Origin: Bacteroidota bacterium
Lineage (GTDB): Bacteria > Bacteroidota > Bacteroidia > AKYH767-A > OLB10
Direction of reading: 5' to 3'
Assembly: GCA_947447155.1 (NCBI GenBank)
Contig: CANFIN010000004.1
Location: 1 to 63,232, forward strand
DNA: 63,232 nucleotides
In this document: one piece after another, positions 1 through 9,704 of the stretch
How positions within the stretch are numbered: position 1 is the first letter of the stretch
How the letters are laid out: the number at the start of each line of letters is the position of its first letter
Translations under genes and position numbers: made by a program
The notes under the pieces: generated by a model
Told to the model about the DNA's origin: nothing
What the model saw: the letters and a program-made list of their open reading frames with translations, nothing else
Database searches by the model: none

Positions 1-407
1 CAGAAACAGAAGCTGATTTCAAAATGGCAACGGAAAACAAGCCGAATGCTCAGGAAATTGCTGATTTAATTTTTGCTGCTAAGGTGGTAAAACACACGAA
101 GAGTAACGCTATTGTACTCGTAAAAAACGGACAATTGTGTGCAAGTGGTACAGGACAAACATCAAGAATTGATGCTTTGCAACAAGCCATCGCGAAGGCC
201 AATCATTTTGGATTCGATTTAAAGGGAGCGGTAATGGCTTCAGATGCCTTCTTCCCCTTCCCGGATTGTGTTGAAATTGCAGCAACAGCTGGTATCACTG
301 CAGTAGTACAGCCAGGAGGTTCGGTAAAGGACCAAGATTCGGTAGATAAATGCAACGAATTAAAAATTTCGATGGTAATGACAGGATTTCGTCATTTTAA
401 ACATTAA
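1..407 (+). CDS. purH: Bifunctional AICAR transformylase/IMP cyclohydrolase PurH, C-terminal fragment (5' end outside window)
   Basis: Frame is open from the window edge. C-terminal pattern [11 protein letters not shown]...VVQPGGS..D...TGFRHFKH is typical of PurH. Confidence 0.9.
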   Translation, partial: ETEADFKMATENKPNAQEIADLIFAAKVVKHTKSNAIVLVKNGQLCASGTGQTSRIDALQQAIAKANHFGFDLKGAVMASDAFFPFPDCVEIAATAGITAVVQPGGSVKDQDSVDKCNELKISMVMTGFRHFKH

Positions 408-538
408 GATTGAAAAAAATTCAATAATTTCAACCACTTTTACGTTATTAAAAATTGTTTGAATAATTGTATTCATAAAACATCAATTAAATCAGTACAT
501 CAGGCAAATAAAATTGTCTTAAAAACAGAATAGCAGGT

Positions 539-1561
539 ATGGGAATTTTTGACTTACTCACACAAGAAATAGCAATCGATTTAGGGACTGCCAACACACT
601 TATCATTCACAATGACAAAGTAGTTGTTGACGAGCCTTCAATTGTAGCAATTGACAGAACGACAGGAAAAGTAATCGCAGTTGGTAAATCTGCGATGTTA
701 ATGCATGGTAAGACCCACGAGAATATTAAAACTGTTCGCCCTTTGAAGGATGGTGTTATTGCCGATTTCGAAGCTGCGGAGCAGATGATTAAGGGAATGA
801 TTCGCATGATCAACACAGGCAACAAATTTTTTTCGCCATCACTAAGAATGGTGATTTGTATCCCTTCTGGTATTACCGAGGTTGAGAAGCGTGCGGTTCG
901 TGACTCTGCTGAACATGCAGGAGCAAAAGAAGTTTATTTGATTCATGAGCCAATGGCTGCTGCAATCGGTATTGGTATCGATGTAGAAGAGCCAATGGGA
1001 AACATGATTATTGATATTGGTGGTGGTACATCTGAGATTGCCGTTATTGCACTTGGAGGAATTGTTTGTGATGAGAGTATCCGTATGGCAGGTGATGGTT
1101 TCACGACTGATATCTGGGATTATATGCGTCGCCAGCACAACATTCTGATAGGAGAAAGAACAGCAGAAAGAATTAAAATTGAAGTGGGTTCTGCTCTGCC
1201 AGAATTAGAAAATCCTCCTGCAGACTTCGCTGTTCATGGTCGTGATTTAATGACAGGTATTCCGAAAGAGATTGTAGTTAGCTACCCTGAAATCGCACAT
1301 GCACTAGATAAATCAATTAGTAGTATTGAAGAATCGATTTTGAAAGCATTAGAAGATACTCCTCCTGAATTAGCTGCCGATATTTTCCGAACTGGTATAT
1401 ACCTAACCGGTGGTGGTGCTTTACTTCGTGGATTAGACAAGCGTATTTCAATGAAAACTAAATTACCAGTTCATGTTGCTGAAGATCCACTTCGTGCGGT
1501 TGTTCGTGGTACTGGAATCGCATTGAAGAATATCCATCGCTTCAAATTCTTACAACACTAG
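539..1561 (+). CDS. mreB: Rod shape-determining actin-like protein MreB
   Basis: 340 aa with actin-fold ATPase motifs (IDLGTANT, DIGGGTSEIAV, LTGGGALL). Heads an mreB-mreC-mreD-mrdA-rodA cluster. Confidence 0.97.
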   Translation: MGIFDLLTQEIAIDLGTANTLIIHNDKVVVDEPSIVAIDRTTGKVIAVGKSAMLMHGKTHENIKTVRPLKDGVIADFEAAEQMIKGMIRMINTGNKFFSPSLRMVICIPSGITEVEKRAVRDSAEHAGAKEVYLIHEPMAAAIGIGIDVEEPMGNMIIDIGGGTSEIAVIALGGIVCDESIRMAGDGFTTDIWDYMRRQHNILIGERTAERIKIEVGSALPELENPPADFAVHGRDLMTGIPKEIVVSYPEIAHALDKSISSIEESILKALEDTPPELAADIFRTGIYLTGGGALLRGLDKRISMKTKLPVHVAEDPLRAVVRGTGIALKNIHRFKFLQH

Positions 1562-1595
1562 TTCTACCATTTACTAAAACTGGAAGGAATAAAGC

Positions 1596-2438
1596 ATGAG
1601 GACGCTTTTTGAATTGTTATGGCGCAATCACTTTGTATTGTTATTTGTTGCCATACAATCATTCTGCATTTATCTTATCGTTCAAAACAATCGTTACCAG
1701 CATGCTTCTTTTTTTAATTCGTCGAATGCAGCAGTAGCTAAAATTAACGAAGGTGTTACCTACTTCAAAGAATACATCCACCTGCGCGAAAACAATCAAT
1801 TGCTTGCTGAAGAAAATGCCAGGTTGCGCAACACCATTAGCTTTACTACAAATCCAAAAGACACAATAAAACCTTTTGTATCTGATACATTACAGAAGCA
1901 ACAATACACTTATATAACGGCTAAAGTTGTAAATAGCTCCACTACACTCCCGAATAATTTTTTAACGATAGATAAAGGTACAGCAGATGGTATTAAACCA
2001 GAAATGGGTGTAATATGTGGTTCTGGTGTTGTTGGAATTGTTCAGCAAGTAGCAGAGCATTATAGCACTATTATGACTTTGCTTCACTCTAAATCAAAAG
2101 TAAGCGCAAAAATTAATGCGAATGGCTTTTATGGTTCTTTGGTTTGGGGCGATGATTTAAATGCACATGAATCAATTTTAAAAGACATCGACAAAACAGT
2201 TCCAGTAAAAAAAGGCGATACTATTTCAACTACTGAATTTTCTGCCTTGTTCCCTGCTGGAATAATGATAGGTAAAGTTATAGAAAGCAAACTGAACCCT
2301 GGATCTAATTTTAATGCAATTAAAGTTGGCCTAAGTACCAATTTCGAAAATCTCAGTTATGTGTATGTAATTGATAATTTAAAGAAAAACGAGCAACGAA
2401 AGCTTGAAGAAGAAACTCAAAAAGCTAACGAACAATGA
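1596..2438 (+). CDS. mreC: Rod shape-determining protein MreC
   Basis: 280 aa with an N-terminal TM helix, a coiled-coil stretch, then a beta-rich domain. Lies directly downstream of mreB. Confidence 0.88.
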   Translation: MRTLFELLWRNHFVLLFVAIQSFCIYLIVQNNRYQHASFFNSSNAAVAKINEGVTYFKEYIHLRENNQLLAEENARLRNTISFTTNPKDTIKPFVSDTLQKQQYTYITAKVVNSSTTLPNNFLTIDKGTADGIKPEMGVICGSGVVGIVQQVAEHYSTIMTLLHSKSKVSAKINANGFYGSLVWGDDLNAHESILKDIDKTVPVKKGDTISTTEFSALFPAGIMIGKVIESKLNPGSNFNAIKVGLSTNFENLSYVYVIDNLKKNEQRKLEEETQKANEQ

Positions 2439-2947
2439 TAATTAACATCTTACAAATAATATTAAGATTTATTGTGCTTGTAGCAATACAGGTACTTATT
2501 CTTAATAATATTCAATTAGGAGGTGTTATTAACCCTTACTTATATGTTCTGTTCTTATTAACCCTGCCTGTTCAAACCCCAAAGGTATTATTGCTTTTTA
2601 TAGGTTTTACTTTAGGAATCAGTATCGATATGTTTCAAAATTCAACAGGTATTCATGCATTCGCATGCGTTTTAATTGCATTTGCTCGACCTGCCTGGCT
2701 AAAACTAGTTGCTCCTCGTGATGGATTTGAGCCGGATGAATCTCCTGGAATTAAAAAATTCGGATTTAGATGGTTTTTAGTATATGCATCAGTGTTAGTA
2801 TTAGTTCACCACCTGGTAATTTTCAATCTAGAGATTTTCAGATTCAGCGACTTTTGGAATACTCAATTACGCGTTTTATACAGTAGCATTTTCACTATTG
2901 TATTAATTATTATTTCACAGTACCTAATGCATCGTCCACAAAAATAA
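2435..2947 (+). CDS. mreD: Rod shape-determining protein MreD
   Basis: 170 aa polytopic membrane protein. ATGA overlap with the mreC stop. Conserved position in the cluster. Confidence 0.8.
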   Translation: MIINILQIILRFIVLVAIQVLILNNIQLGGVINPYLYVLFLLTLPVQTPKVLLLFIGFTLGISIDMFQNSTGIHAFACVLIAFARPAWLKLVAPRDGFEPDESPGIKKFGFRWFLVYASVLVLVHHLVIFNLEIFRFSDFWNTQLRVLYSSIFTIVLIIISQYLMHRPQK

Positions 2948-3034
2948 TTTTGCCTTCGCAGCTCATTACCTATAATTACTTTTTTTAATTCGGAAATATT
3001 TTTAAAATCATAGCCATTTATTTAAAATCTGAAT

Positions 3035-3042
3035 TAGATTTG
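3035..3042 (+). promoter_or_regulatory. Candidate -7 promoter box TAGATTTG, 7 nt before the mrdA ATG
   Basis: Exact match to the Bacteroidetes sigma-A -7 consensus TAnnTTTG in the 100-nt gap after mreD. Confidence 0.35.
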
Positions 3043-3049
3043 TATTAAC

Positions 3050-5101
3050 ATGAGTAACACTTCAGGAAGGAATCAACAGGTAGTTGTAGCAGGTATTTTT
3101 ACTGCACTGATTGTTATTTTTATAATTCGCCTTTTTTTTGTTCAATTAATTGAAGAGTCCTATACTGTATCTGCGAATAACAACGTATTACGTTACATGA
3201 CAGACTATCCTGCTCGTGGGATGGTATATGATAGAAACGGGAAAATATTAGCATACAACCAAGCAGTATATGATTTAATGGTTATACCGCGCCAAGTTAA
3301 AGAAATTGATACGCTTGATTTTTGCCAGTTGCTAGATATAACAAAAGAAGATTTCTTAGATAAAATAAAAAAAGCTAAAACCTATTCTCGGATTCGTCCC
3401 TCTATTTTTGAAAAGCAGATATCAGCTGAGACTTATGCAACCCTTCAAGAAAAGCTTTTTAAGTTCAAAGGCTTTTATGTGCAACCACGTACAATTCGAA
3501 AATATCCGAACAATACAGCCTCTCACGTTTTAGGGTATATTGGCGAGGTAAACGATAAACTAATAGAGAAGAATCCTTACTACCGCCAAGGCGACTACAT
3601 TGGAACAAGTGGCATTGAACAAAGCTATGAGGAAGAACTTAGAGGTATACGTGGTATTCGCATCGTTATGGTAGATGTTTTCAATCGTGAAAAGGGCAGC
3701 TATAAAAATGGAGCTTATGATACAGTTGCAATTGCAGGAGCTAATCTGGTTGCAACATTAGATGCTAACTTGCAGGCATACGGAGAGAAATTAATGGCTA
3801 ACAAAATAGGAGCATTAGTAGCCATTGAGCCAACAACGGGCGAAATATTAGCTATGATTTCGAGCCCTTCTTACGATCCTAATTTATTAGTTGGTAGAGC
3901 GAGATCAAAAAATTACGGATACTTATTAAAAGAACCTTCAAAGCCATTATTCAATAGAGCGATGCAGGCCTATTATCCGCCAGGATCAACATTTAAATTA
4001 ACGAATGCATTAGCTGCTTTGCAAGAAGGGATTATTAATCCTATGACAACATTCCCACACAGCTTTGTAGTAGGTTCTAAGAGCGTACATTGTCATGGTC
4101 ACCCTCCAATTGCATTAGAAGGCGCTATTCAATATTCTTGTAATCCATATTTCTGTAACACCTTCAGGGCATTTGTTGACAATAATAAATTCGCAGATTG
4201 CGAAACAGGATACAATACATGGAGAACTTATCAGGAAAGCTTTGGTATTGGAAATAAAATTGGTGTGGATTTACCGCATGAATTAAAAGGCTTGTTGCCA
4301 ACAACATCTTTATACGATAAATATTATGGTCGACATCATTGGAAAGCATCAACCATTTACTCGTTAGGAATTGGTCAGGGTGAGTTAGGAATTACTCCAC
4401 TTCAGATGGCGAATGTGATGTGCATTATTGCCAATAAAGGATATTACTATACTCCGCATATCATTAAAAAAATAGCTGGCAAGCCTAATACTACACGTAA
4501 TTTAGGAACTAAACATTTTACTAAAATTTCAGAGGAAAACTTTAATGTAGTGCAAGATGGAATGCAAAAAGTGGTGGAAGCAGGTACTGCACGTGTTGCA
4601 CAGTTTAGAGAAGTAGTTATTTGTGGAAAAACCGGAACTGCACAAAATCCACATGGTAAAGACCACTCGCTATTTGTAGGGTTTGCACCAAGAGAAAATC
4701 CGCGTATAGCCATTGCCGTTATGGTTGAGAATGCAGGATTTGGTGCCGAATGGGCAGCACCTATTGCAAGTTTGATGATGGAAAAATTTATGTACGACTC
4801 AATTTCGCGACCGGCGATAGAAGAGCGAATGATGAAAGGAAATTTAATTCATATTTTAAACAACACCTTAGAGAAAAAATCTGATGATGTAGACGCTCAA
4901 ATAATCGGACCATCATTACATGACTTTATCCCGGAATTGAATATAGGAGATTGGAATATTGGACAATTTACTGTAGAAGAATCCACTCCAGAAAATAAAA
5001 CTCAAAATCAAAATAAAGAGAACCAGCGCTCACCTTTATCAATAAGCGAATTCACTTTTAACTTGATTTATCGAATAGAAAAAAACGAATACTTCTCTTA
5101 A
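3050..5101 (+). CDS. mrdA: Penicillin-binding protein 2 (elongasome transpeptidase)
   Basis: 683 aa with an N-terminal membrane anchor. Transpeptidase motifs STFK, SCN and KTGTA. Lies between mreD and rodA. Has a low-complexity C-terminal tail. Confidence 0.93.
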   Translation: MSNTSGRNQQVVVAGIFTALIVIFIIRLFFVQLIEESYTVSANNNVLRYMTDYPARGMVYDRNGKILAYNQAVYDLMVIPRQVKEIDTLDFCQLLDITKEDFLDKIKKAKTYSRIRPSIFEKQISAETYATLQEKLFKFKGFYVQPRTIRKYPNNTASHVLGYIGEVNDKLIEKNPYYRQGDYIGTSGIEQSYEEELRGIRGIRIVMVDVFNREKGSYKNGAYDTVAIAGANLVATLDANLQAYGEKLMANKIGALVAIEPTTGEILAMISSPSYDPNLLVGRARSKNYGYLLKEPSKPLFNRAMQAYYPPGSTFKLTNALAALQEGIINPMTTFPHSFVVGSKSVHCHGHPPIALEGAIQYSCNPYFCNTFRAFVDNNKFADCETGYNTWRTYQESFGIGNKIGVDLPHELKGLLPTTSLYDKYYGRHHWKASTIYSLGIGQGELGITPLQMANVMCIIANKGYYYTPHIIKKIAGKPNTTRNLGTKHFTKISEENFNVVQDGMQKVVEAGTARVAQFREVVICGKTGTAQNPHGKDHSLFVGFAPRENPRIAIAVMVENAGFGAEWAAPIASLMMEKFMYDSISRPAIEERMMKGNLIHILNNTLEKKSDDVDAQIIGPSLHDFIPELNIGDWNIGQFTVEESTPENKTQNQNKENQRSPLSISEFTFNLIYRIEKNEYFS

Positions 5102-5105
5102 TCGC

Positions 5106-6368
5106 GTGAGGCAACAAAAAAACATATTTGAAAACATCGACTGGCTTTTGGTATTTTTTTACCTAGGCTTTGTATTAATGGGATGGATGAATATTTATGC
5201 TGCTGTTTATAATGAAGAGCACAGTAACATCTTTGACATGAGCCAGAATTATGGCAAACAATTAATGTGGATTGGCACTTCAATGTTGATTGCTATGGCA
5301 ATTTTAGTTATCGACGGAAAATTCTTTGCTTCGTTTTCTTATCCCATTTATGGCACTATTTTATTAATGTTATTAGTTGTACTTGCTATTGCAAAAAATG
5401 TTCAGGGAGCGCGATCGTGGATTGAAATAGGGTCGTTTAAATTACAACCATCGGAGTTCGCAAAATTTGCAACAAGTATGGCGCTTGCTAAGTACTTAAG
5501 CACCTTAAATATTCGAATGCAGGATACAAAAACAAAACTCACTGCAGGCGCTCTGATTTTAATCCCAATGGCTTTTGTCTTATTACAAAATGATACTGGA
5601 TCGGCATTAGTATTCTGTGCTTTTATTTTCGTACTATTTAGAGAAGGTTTATCACAGAATTTTTTAATCTTCGGATTCCTTGGCGGGATTTTATTTGTGC
5701 TAGCGCTAATGGTTCCAGCAATAATTTTAATTAGCATTATTGGTAGTATTGGATTGCTTTCTTACATATTAATGCGAAAAACAAAAAAGAATTTTTTTAC
5801 AGTTGCTTTAATTACTAGTCTTTGCTGTGGAGCAGTTTTTTCTGTTGATTATGCATACAACCATATATTACAAGCACATCAGCGGGAAAGGATTGAAGTA
5901 TTATTAGGGAAGAAATCTGATTTAAAAGGTGCGGGCTATAATGTAAATCAATCATTAATCGCGATAGGTTCAGGAGGATTTTTTGGCAAAGGATTTTTAC
6001 AAGGAACCCAAACAAAATATGATTTTGTACCTGAGCAAAGCACCGATTTTATTTTCTGTACGGTAGGAGAAGAATGGGGGTTTTTAGGCACTACCATTGT
6101 GCTTTTAATGTTTCTCGCTTTGTTATACCGAATCCTTTTTATTGCTGAACGGCAGCGTTCGCCCTATACACGAATATATGCCTATGGTGTTGCCTCAATT
6201 ATATTTTTCCATGTGATGATAAATGTAGGTATGGCAATTGGACTAGCACCTGTAATTGGCATTCCGCTTCCATTTTTCAGTTATGGCGGTTCATCATTAT
6301 GGAGCTTTACAATATTGCTTTTCGTATTAATAAAACTCGATAGTTATCGAATGTACGTACTTCGCTAA
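5106..6368 (+). CDS. rodA: SEDS-family peptidoglycan glycosyltransferase RodA
   Basis: 420 aa with about 10 TM segments and an FtsW/RodA-type C-terminal region (..GIPLPFFSYGGSS..). GTG start directly after mrdA. Confidence 0.93.
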   Translation: MRQQKNIFENIDWLLVFFYLGFVLMGWMNIYAAVYNEEHSNIFDMSQNYGKQLMWIGTSMLIAMAILVIDGKFFASFSYPIYGTILLMLLVVLAIAKNVQGARSWIEIGSFKLQPSEFAKFATSMALAKYLSTLNIRMQDTKTKLTAGALILIPMAFVLLQNDTGSALVFCAFIFVLFREGLSQNFLIFGFLGGILFVLALMVPAIILISIIGSIGLLSYILMRKTKKNFFTVALITSLCCGAVFSVDYAYNHILQAHQRERIEVLLGKKSDLKGAGYNVNQSLIAIGSGGFFGKGFLQGTQTKYDFVPEQSTDFIFCTVGEEWGFLGTTIVLLMFLALLYRILFIAERQRSPYTRIYAYGVASIIFFHVMINVGMAIGLAPVIGIPLPFFSYGGSSLWSFTILLFVLIKLDSYRMYVLR

Positions 6369-7619
6369 TCAGGAAATTAAATTAAATTGCAAATAATCAA
6401 TTACTAATCTTGTTGCTCCTTTGCGACTTTCAACATATTTTTTATTTGTTTCTGCGCAATGATTATAAGCTTGTAAATCTTTTTCTAATCTATTAAAAAT
6501 ACTTAGTAATTCATTGGCATCATTTACAGAAAAAGCACTTTCACTTTTTATTAGCTCAACCGCTTCATTAAACTTTTTATAATTGGGGCCAAAAAAAACT
6601 GGCATCCCAAAAACTGCAGCTTCAAGTATATTATGTATACCTACACCGAAACCCCCTCCTATATACGTATAATCTGCGAATTTATAAATTCGAGAAAGGA
6701 GTCCTACATTATCAATAATTAAAATTTTAAAAACACCTGTTGGTTTTTTTATCCAATCAGAATAGCGTATAGCCGACCCGTTATACTTGTGCAACATTTT
6801 TAAAATTTCGTTTTCCTTAATTTCATGTGGCGCAATAATAAACTTAAAATTAGAAATCGTATTTTCTATCCAATAATCAACCAACTTAATATCGGCTTCC
6901 CATGCCGAACCAACAACAACCAACTTGCTATCTAATTTAAACTTATTGATCTCTGACAGCCCATTATGACCCTCTGCTATTTTACAAACAGCATCAAAAC
7001 GAGTGTCGCCGGTAACAGTAACCTTTGAAATGGAATGTTTATACAACAACTTCAGCGATGCCTGATCCTGAACAAAAATATGAGTGAAACGCATAAGCAT
7101 TTGCTTAAAAAATCCTCCATACCATTTAAAGAAAATTTGATTTTCTCTAAAAATTGCCGACACACAAAAGAAAGGTATTTTCTTTTGTGACAAATACTTT
7201 CCATAGAAATACCAAAATTCATACTTCACAAAGAAAACCATCTTAGGTTGTATTGCATTAATAAATCTACGGGATGCTGAAGGTCCATCTAGTGGCATAT
7301 AAAAAACATAATCGGCCACAGGAGTATTTTTTCTAATCTGAAATCCGGAAGGAGAAAAAAATGTCAAAACAATTTTATAATCTGGATAAGCTTCTCTTAA
7401 GGATTCGATAAGAGGCTTACCTTGTTCAAATTCACCCAGTGAAGCGCAATGAACCCATATCCTTTGCTCTGGAAGATCCTTCAATTTTTTCCAGACAGGA
7501 GCAAGCTCTCTACGGCCATAAAACCAATGATGAGCCTTATCATTAAAGCGAGCTGCAACCCTAATAACTAGCTTATAAAGTTGAATTACTAAGTAATAAA
7601 ATGGCCAAATTAAATCCAT
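6369..7619 (-). CDS. waaA: 3-deoxy-D-manno-octulosonic acid (Kdo) transferase
   Basis: GT30 pattern (..IWVHCASLGEFEQGKPLIE.., ..GGGF...HN.LEAA..G.PV..GP). The ATG at 7619 shares its A with the TGA stop of the upstream ORF (TGATG). The track's TTG at 7622 is less likely. Confidence 0.9.
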   Translation of the reverse strand: MDLIWPFYYLVIQLYKLVIRVAARFNDKAHHWFYGRRELAPVWKKLKDLPEQRIWVHCASLGEFEQGKPLIESLREAYPDYKIVLTFFSPSGFQIRKNTPVADYVFYMPLDGPSASRRFINAIQPKMVFFVKYEFWYFYGKYLSQKKIPFFCVSAIFRENQIFFKWYGGFFKQMLMRFTHIFVQDQASLKLLYKHSISKVTVTGDTRFDAVCKIAEGHNGLSEINKFKLDSKLVVVGSAWEADIKLVDYWIENTISNFKFIIAPHEIKENEILKMLHKYNGSAIRYSDWIKKPTGVFKILIIDNVGLLSRIYKFADYTYIGGGFGVGIHNILEAAVFGMPVFFGPNYKKFNEAVELIKSESAFSVNDANELLSIFNRLEKDLQAYNHCAETNKKYVESRKGATRLVIDYLQFNLIS

Positions 7620-8374
7620 CAATAAGTATAAAATTTTTCAGGAGCTTGTTTATAGAAAGGCATAATCCATCCTAGCTTTATACCCATAAAAAAATCAAAT
7701 CGTTTACCACTATCAGGCAATCCTGTACTAAAATTAAAATCTCTTTTCCCTTCTGTAAATCCTTCCACAAATTCAAATCCACCATAAAAATTAATCAAGC
7801 GTTTATTACCTAAATAACAATAGCCAATAAATTGTTTAGCAGCAATTCCATTTGTTAAACGATCATACCCTTTCAAATATTCTTCTTGAATAGCTGGAAC
7901 CGATTTTTTTTTGTCTTCAATTCTAATTTTATGTTGTAAAAAACCTAAACCTGCTTGAAAATAAACACCGCAATTCAAATTAGGACCTTTATAAGGGAAT
8001 ATTTTACCCACATTAGCAAATACAGTATAACCTCTTTCATAAGCCCTAATATCAGCATAAAGACCGTCACTTCCTATGATATAACCACCATCAACAGTAA
8101 GTCCGGAAAAGATAGATGTCTCTTTAATTTTAGAGCCAAAAATAAAGTTCCCTTCTAGTGAAAAAGTCCAGTTTTTCTTGTTTTTTATGCCAGCAGATAG
8201 TCCAACCGTTGAATTGTTTCCAAAGCGATTTGCCAAATCTCCTTCAGGCATTTGAAACGAAAAAGAAGGTGAAATTAATACACAATGTATTACAGAATCT
8301 TTAATACTTGACTGTGCTTTTATCTCAAAAGAGGCAAAATAACACATCAACACTACGAGCACTAGCTTTTTCAT
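7619..8374 (-). CDS. Hypothetical secreted / outer-membrane beta-barrel-like protein
   Basis: 251 aa with a signal peptide (MKKLVLVVLMCYFASFEIKAQ), alternating hydrophobic beta-strand pattern and a C-terminal aromatic residue. Translationally coupled to waaA. No family recognised. Confidence 0.6.
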   Translation of the reverse strand: MKKLVLVVLMCYFASFEIKAQSSIKDSVIHCVLISPSFSFQMPEGDLANRFGNNSTVGLSAGIKNKKNWTFSLEGNFIFGSKIKETSIFSGLTVDGGYIIGSDGLYADIRAYERGYTVFANVGKIFPYKGPNLNCGVYFQAGLGFLQHKIRIEDKKKSVPAIQEEYLKGYDRLTNGIAAKQFIGYCYLGNKRLINFYGGFEFVEGFTEGKRDFNFSTGLPDSGKRFDFFMGIKLGWIMPFYKQAPEKFYTY

Positions 8375-8378
8375 AGCT

Positions 8379-8386
8379 CAAAATTA
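8379..8386 (-). promoter_or_regulatory. Candidate -7 box TAATTTTG, 4 nt before the ATG at 8374
   Basis: Exact TAnnTTTG on the minus strand. Spacer AGCT, then ATG. Confidence 0.45.
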
Positions 8387-8495
8387 CAAAAAATCGTTAC
8401 ATAAATAGACGCGACTTTAAGAGTAAAAACACTATATTCGCAGGGTTATTTTAAGGGGTATACTTTCCCCATCAAAAATCATTAATTAATTGGAA

Positions 8496-9635
8496 ATGGA
8501 AGCAGTAAAAAAAATGCAAATGGTTGACTTATTAAGTCAGTATCATAAAATTAAAGAAGACATTGATCAGGCAATATTGAATGTGGTAACATCTTCTGCG
8601 TATATAAACGGACCCGAGGTTAAAACTTTTGCTACAGAGCTAGAAGATTATTTAGGAGTGAAACATGTTATTCCATGTGCAAACGGGACAGATGCTTTAC
8701 AAATTGCAATGATGGCATTGGATTTAAAACCTGGCGATGAAGTAATTACTGCGAGCTTTACGTATGTTGCAACTGCCGAAGTTATCGCATTGCTTCAACT
8801 ACAACCTGTATTGGTTGATGTTTACAGCGACGATTTTACTATCGATTGTGCGGCAATTGAAAAAGCAATTACCCCTAAAACAAAAGCAATTGTTCCCGTT
8901 CATTTATTTGGACAATGTGCGGACATGCAACGAGTAATGGAGATTGCTAAAAAGCATAACCTATATGTTATAGAAGATACTGCTCAAGCAATTGGTGCAG
9001 ACTACAAAATGGCTGATGGAAGTACGCATAAAGCAGGTACAATTGGCACAATTGGCACAACATCTTTCTTCCCTTCTAAAAACTTAGGATGTATGGGAGA
9101 TGGTGGAGCAATCTTTACAAATGATGATCAGTTAGCTACCCGCCTTAGAATGATAGCCAATCACGGCCAGTCGGTGCAGTATGTACACGACGACATTGGT
9201 GTAAACTCACGCCTTGACAGCATGCAGGCTGCGATTTTACGAGTTAAACTTCCTCTTTTGAATGGATATTGCGCTGCGCGTCAAAAGGCTGCCGCTTTTT
9301 ACGATAATGCATTTGCTAATCATCCAAAAGTTAAAACACCTGCTCGTCAGAAAAACTCTACCCATGTTTTTCATCAATACACTTTAGTGCTGAACGGAGT
9401 TGACAGAGCAGCAATGAGAACCTTTCTTGAATTAAAGGGGATTCCAAGTATGATCTACTACCCTATTCCTCTTCACATGCAAAAGGCGTATACAGACCCT
9501 CGCTATAAGCAAGGCGACTTCCCCGTTACAGAGCACTTATGCGCTAACGTTATTTCGCTTCCGATGCATACAGAAATGTCGACTGACGATTTACAATATA
9601 TCACCGAGTCAGTACTTGAATTCTTAAACAAATAG
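8496..9635 (+). CDS. DegT/DnrJ/EryC1-family PLP aminotransferase, WbpE-like (UDP-2-acetamido-2-deoxy-3-oxo-glucuronate aminotransferase type)
   Basis: Pattern IQMVDL..QY..I...I..A...V..S..YI.GPEV..F...L..YLG.KH.I.CANGTDALQIA. First ATG chosen at 8496 (track start 8490 is TTG). Confidence 0.85.
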   Translation: MEAVKKMQMVDLLSQYHKIKEDIDQAILNVVTSSAYINGPEVKTFATELEDYLGVKHVIPCANGTDALQIAMMALDLKPGDEVITASFTYVATAEVIALLQLQPVLVDVYSDDFTIDCAAIEKAITPKTKAIVPVHLFGQCADMQRVMEIAKKHNLYVIEDTAQAIGADYKMADGSTHKAGTIGTIGTTSFFPSKNLGCMGDGGAIFTNDDQLATRLRMIANHGQSVQYVHDDIGVNSRLDSMQAAILRVKLPLLNGYCAARQKAAAFYDNAFANHPKVKTPARQKNSTHVFHQYTLVLNGVDRAAMRTFLELKGIPSMIYYPIPLHMQKAYTDPRYKQGDFPVTEHLCANVISLPMHTEMSTDDLQYITESVLEFLNK

Positions 9636-9668
9636 AATTTGATTTAACTTGAAACAATTAATCATTTA

Positions 9669-9690
9669 GTCAATATAGGTTGACTTTTTT
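9669..9690 (+). terminator. Weak intrinsic terminator after the aminotransferase gene
   Basis: GTCAA-TATAGG-TTGAC stem-loop followed by TTTTTT. Confidence 0.35.
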
Positions 9691-9704
9691 AAATTAAAAT
9701 AAAA

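Noticed and set aside
607-1138. Antisense shadow ORFs inside strongly supported genes
   Set aside because: Examples are 607-825 and 842-1138 in mreB. The same holds for 4447-4713, 5402-5737, 10283-10534, 14529-14789, 28412-28804, 36023-36367, 42594-42887, 46830-47181 and 59412-59657. Each lies entirely within a gene with clear family motifs on the other strand. Their compositions (Cys/Ser/Ile-rich, no motifs) look like frame shadows.
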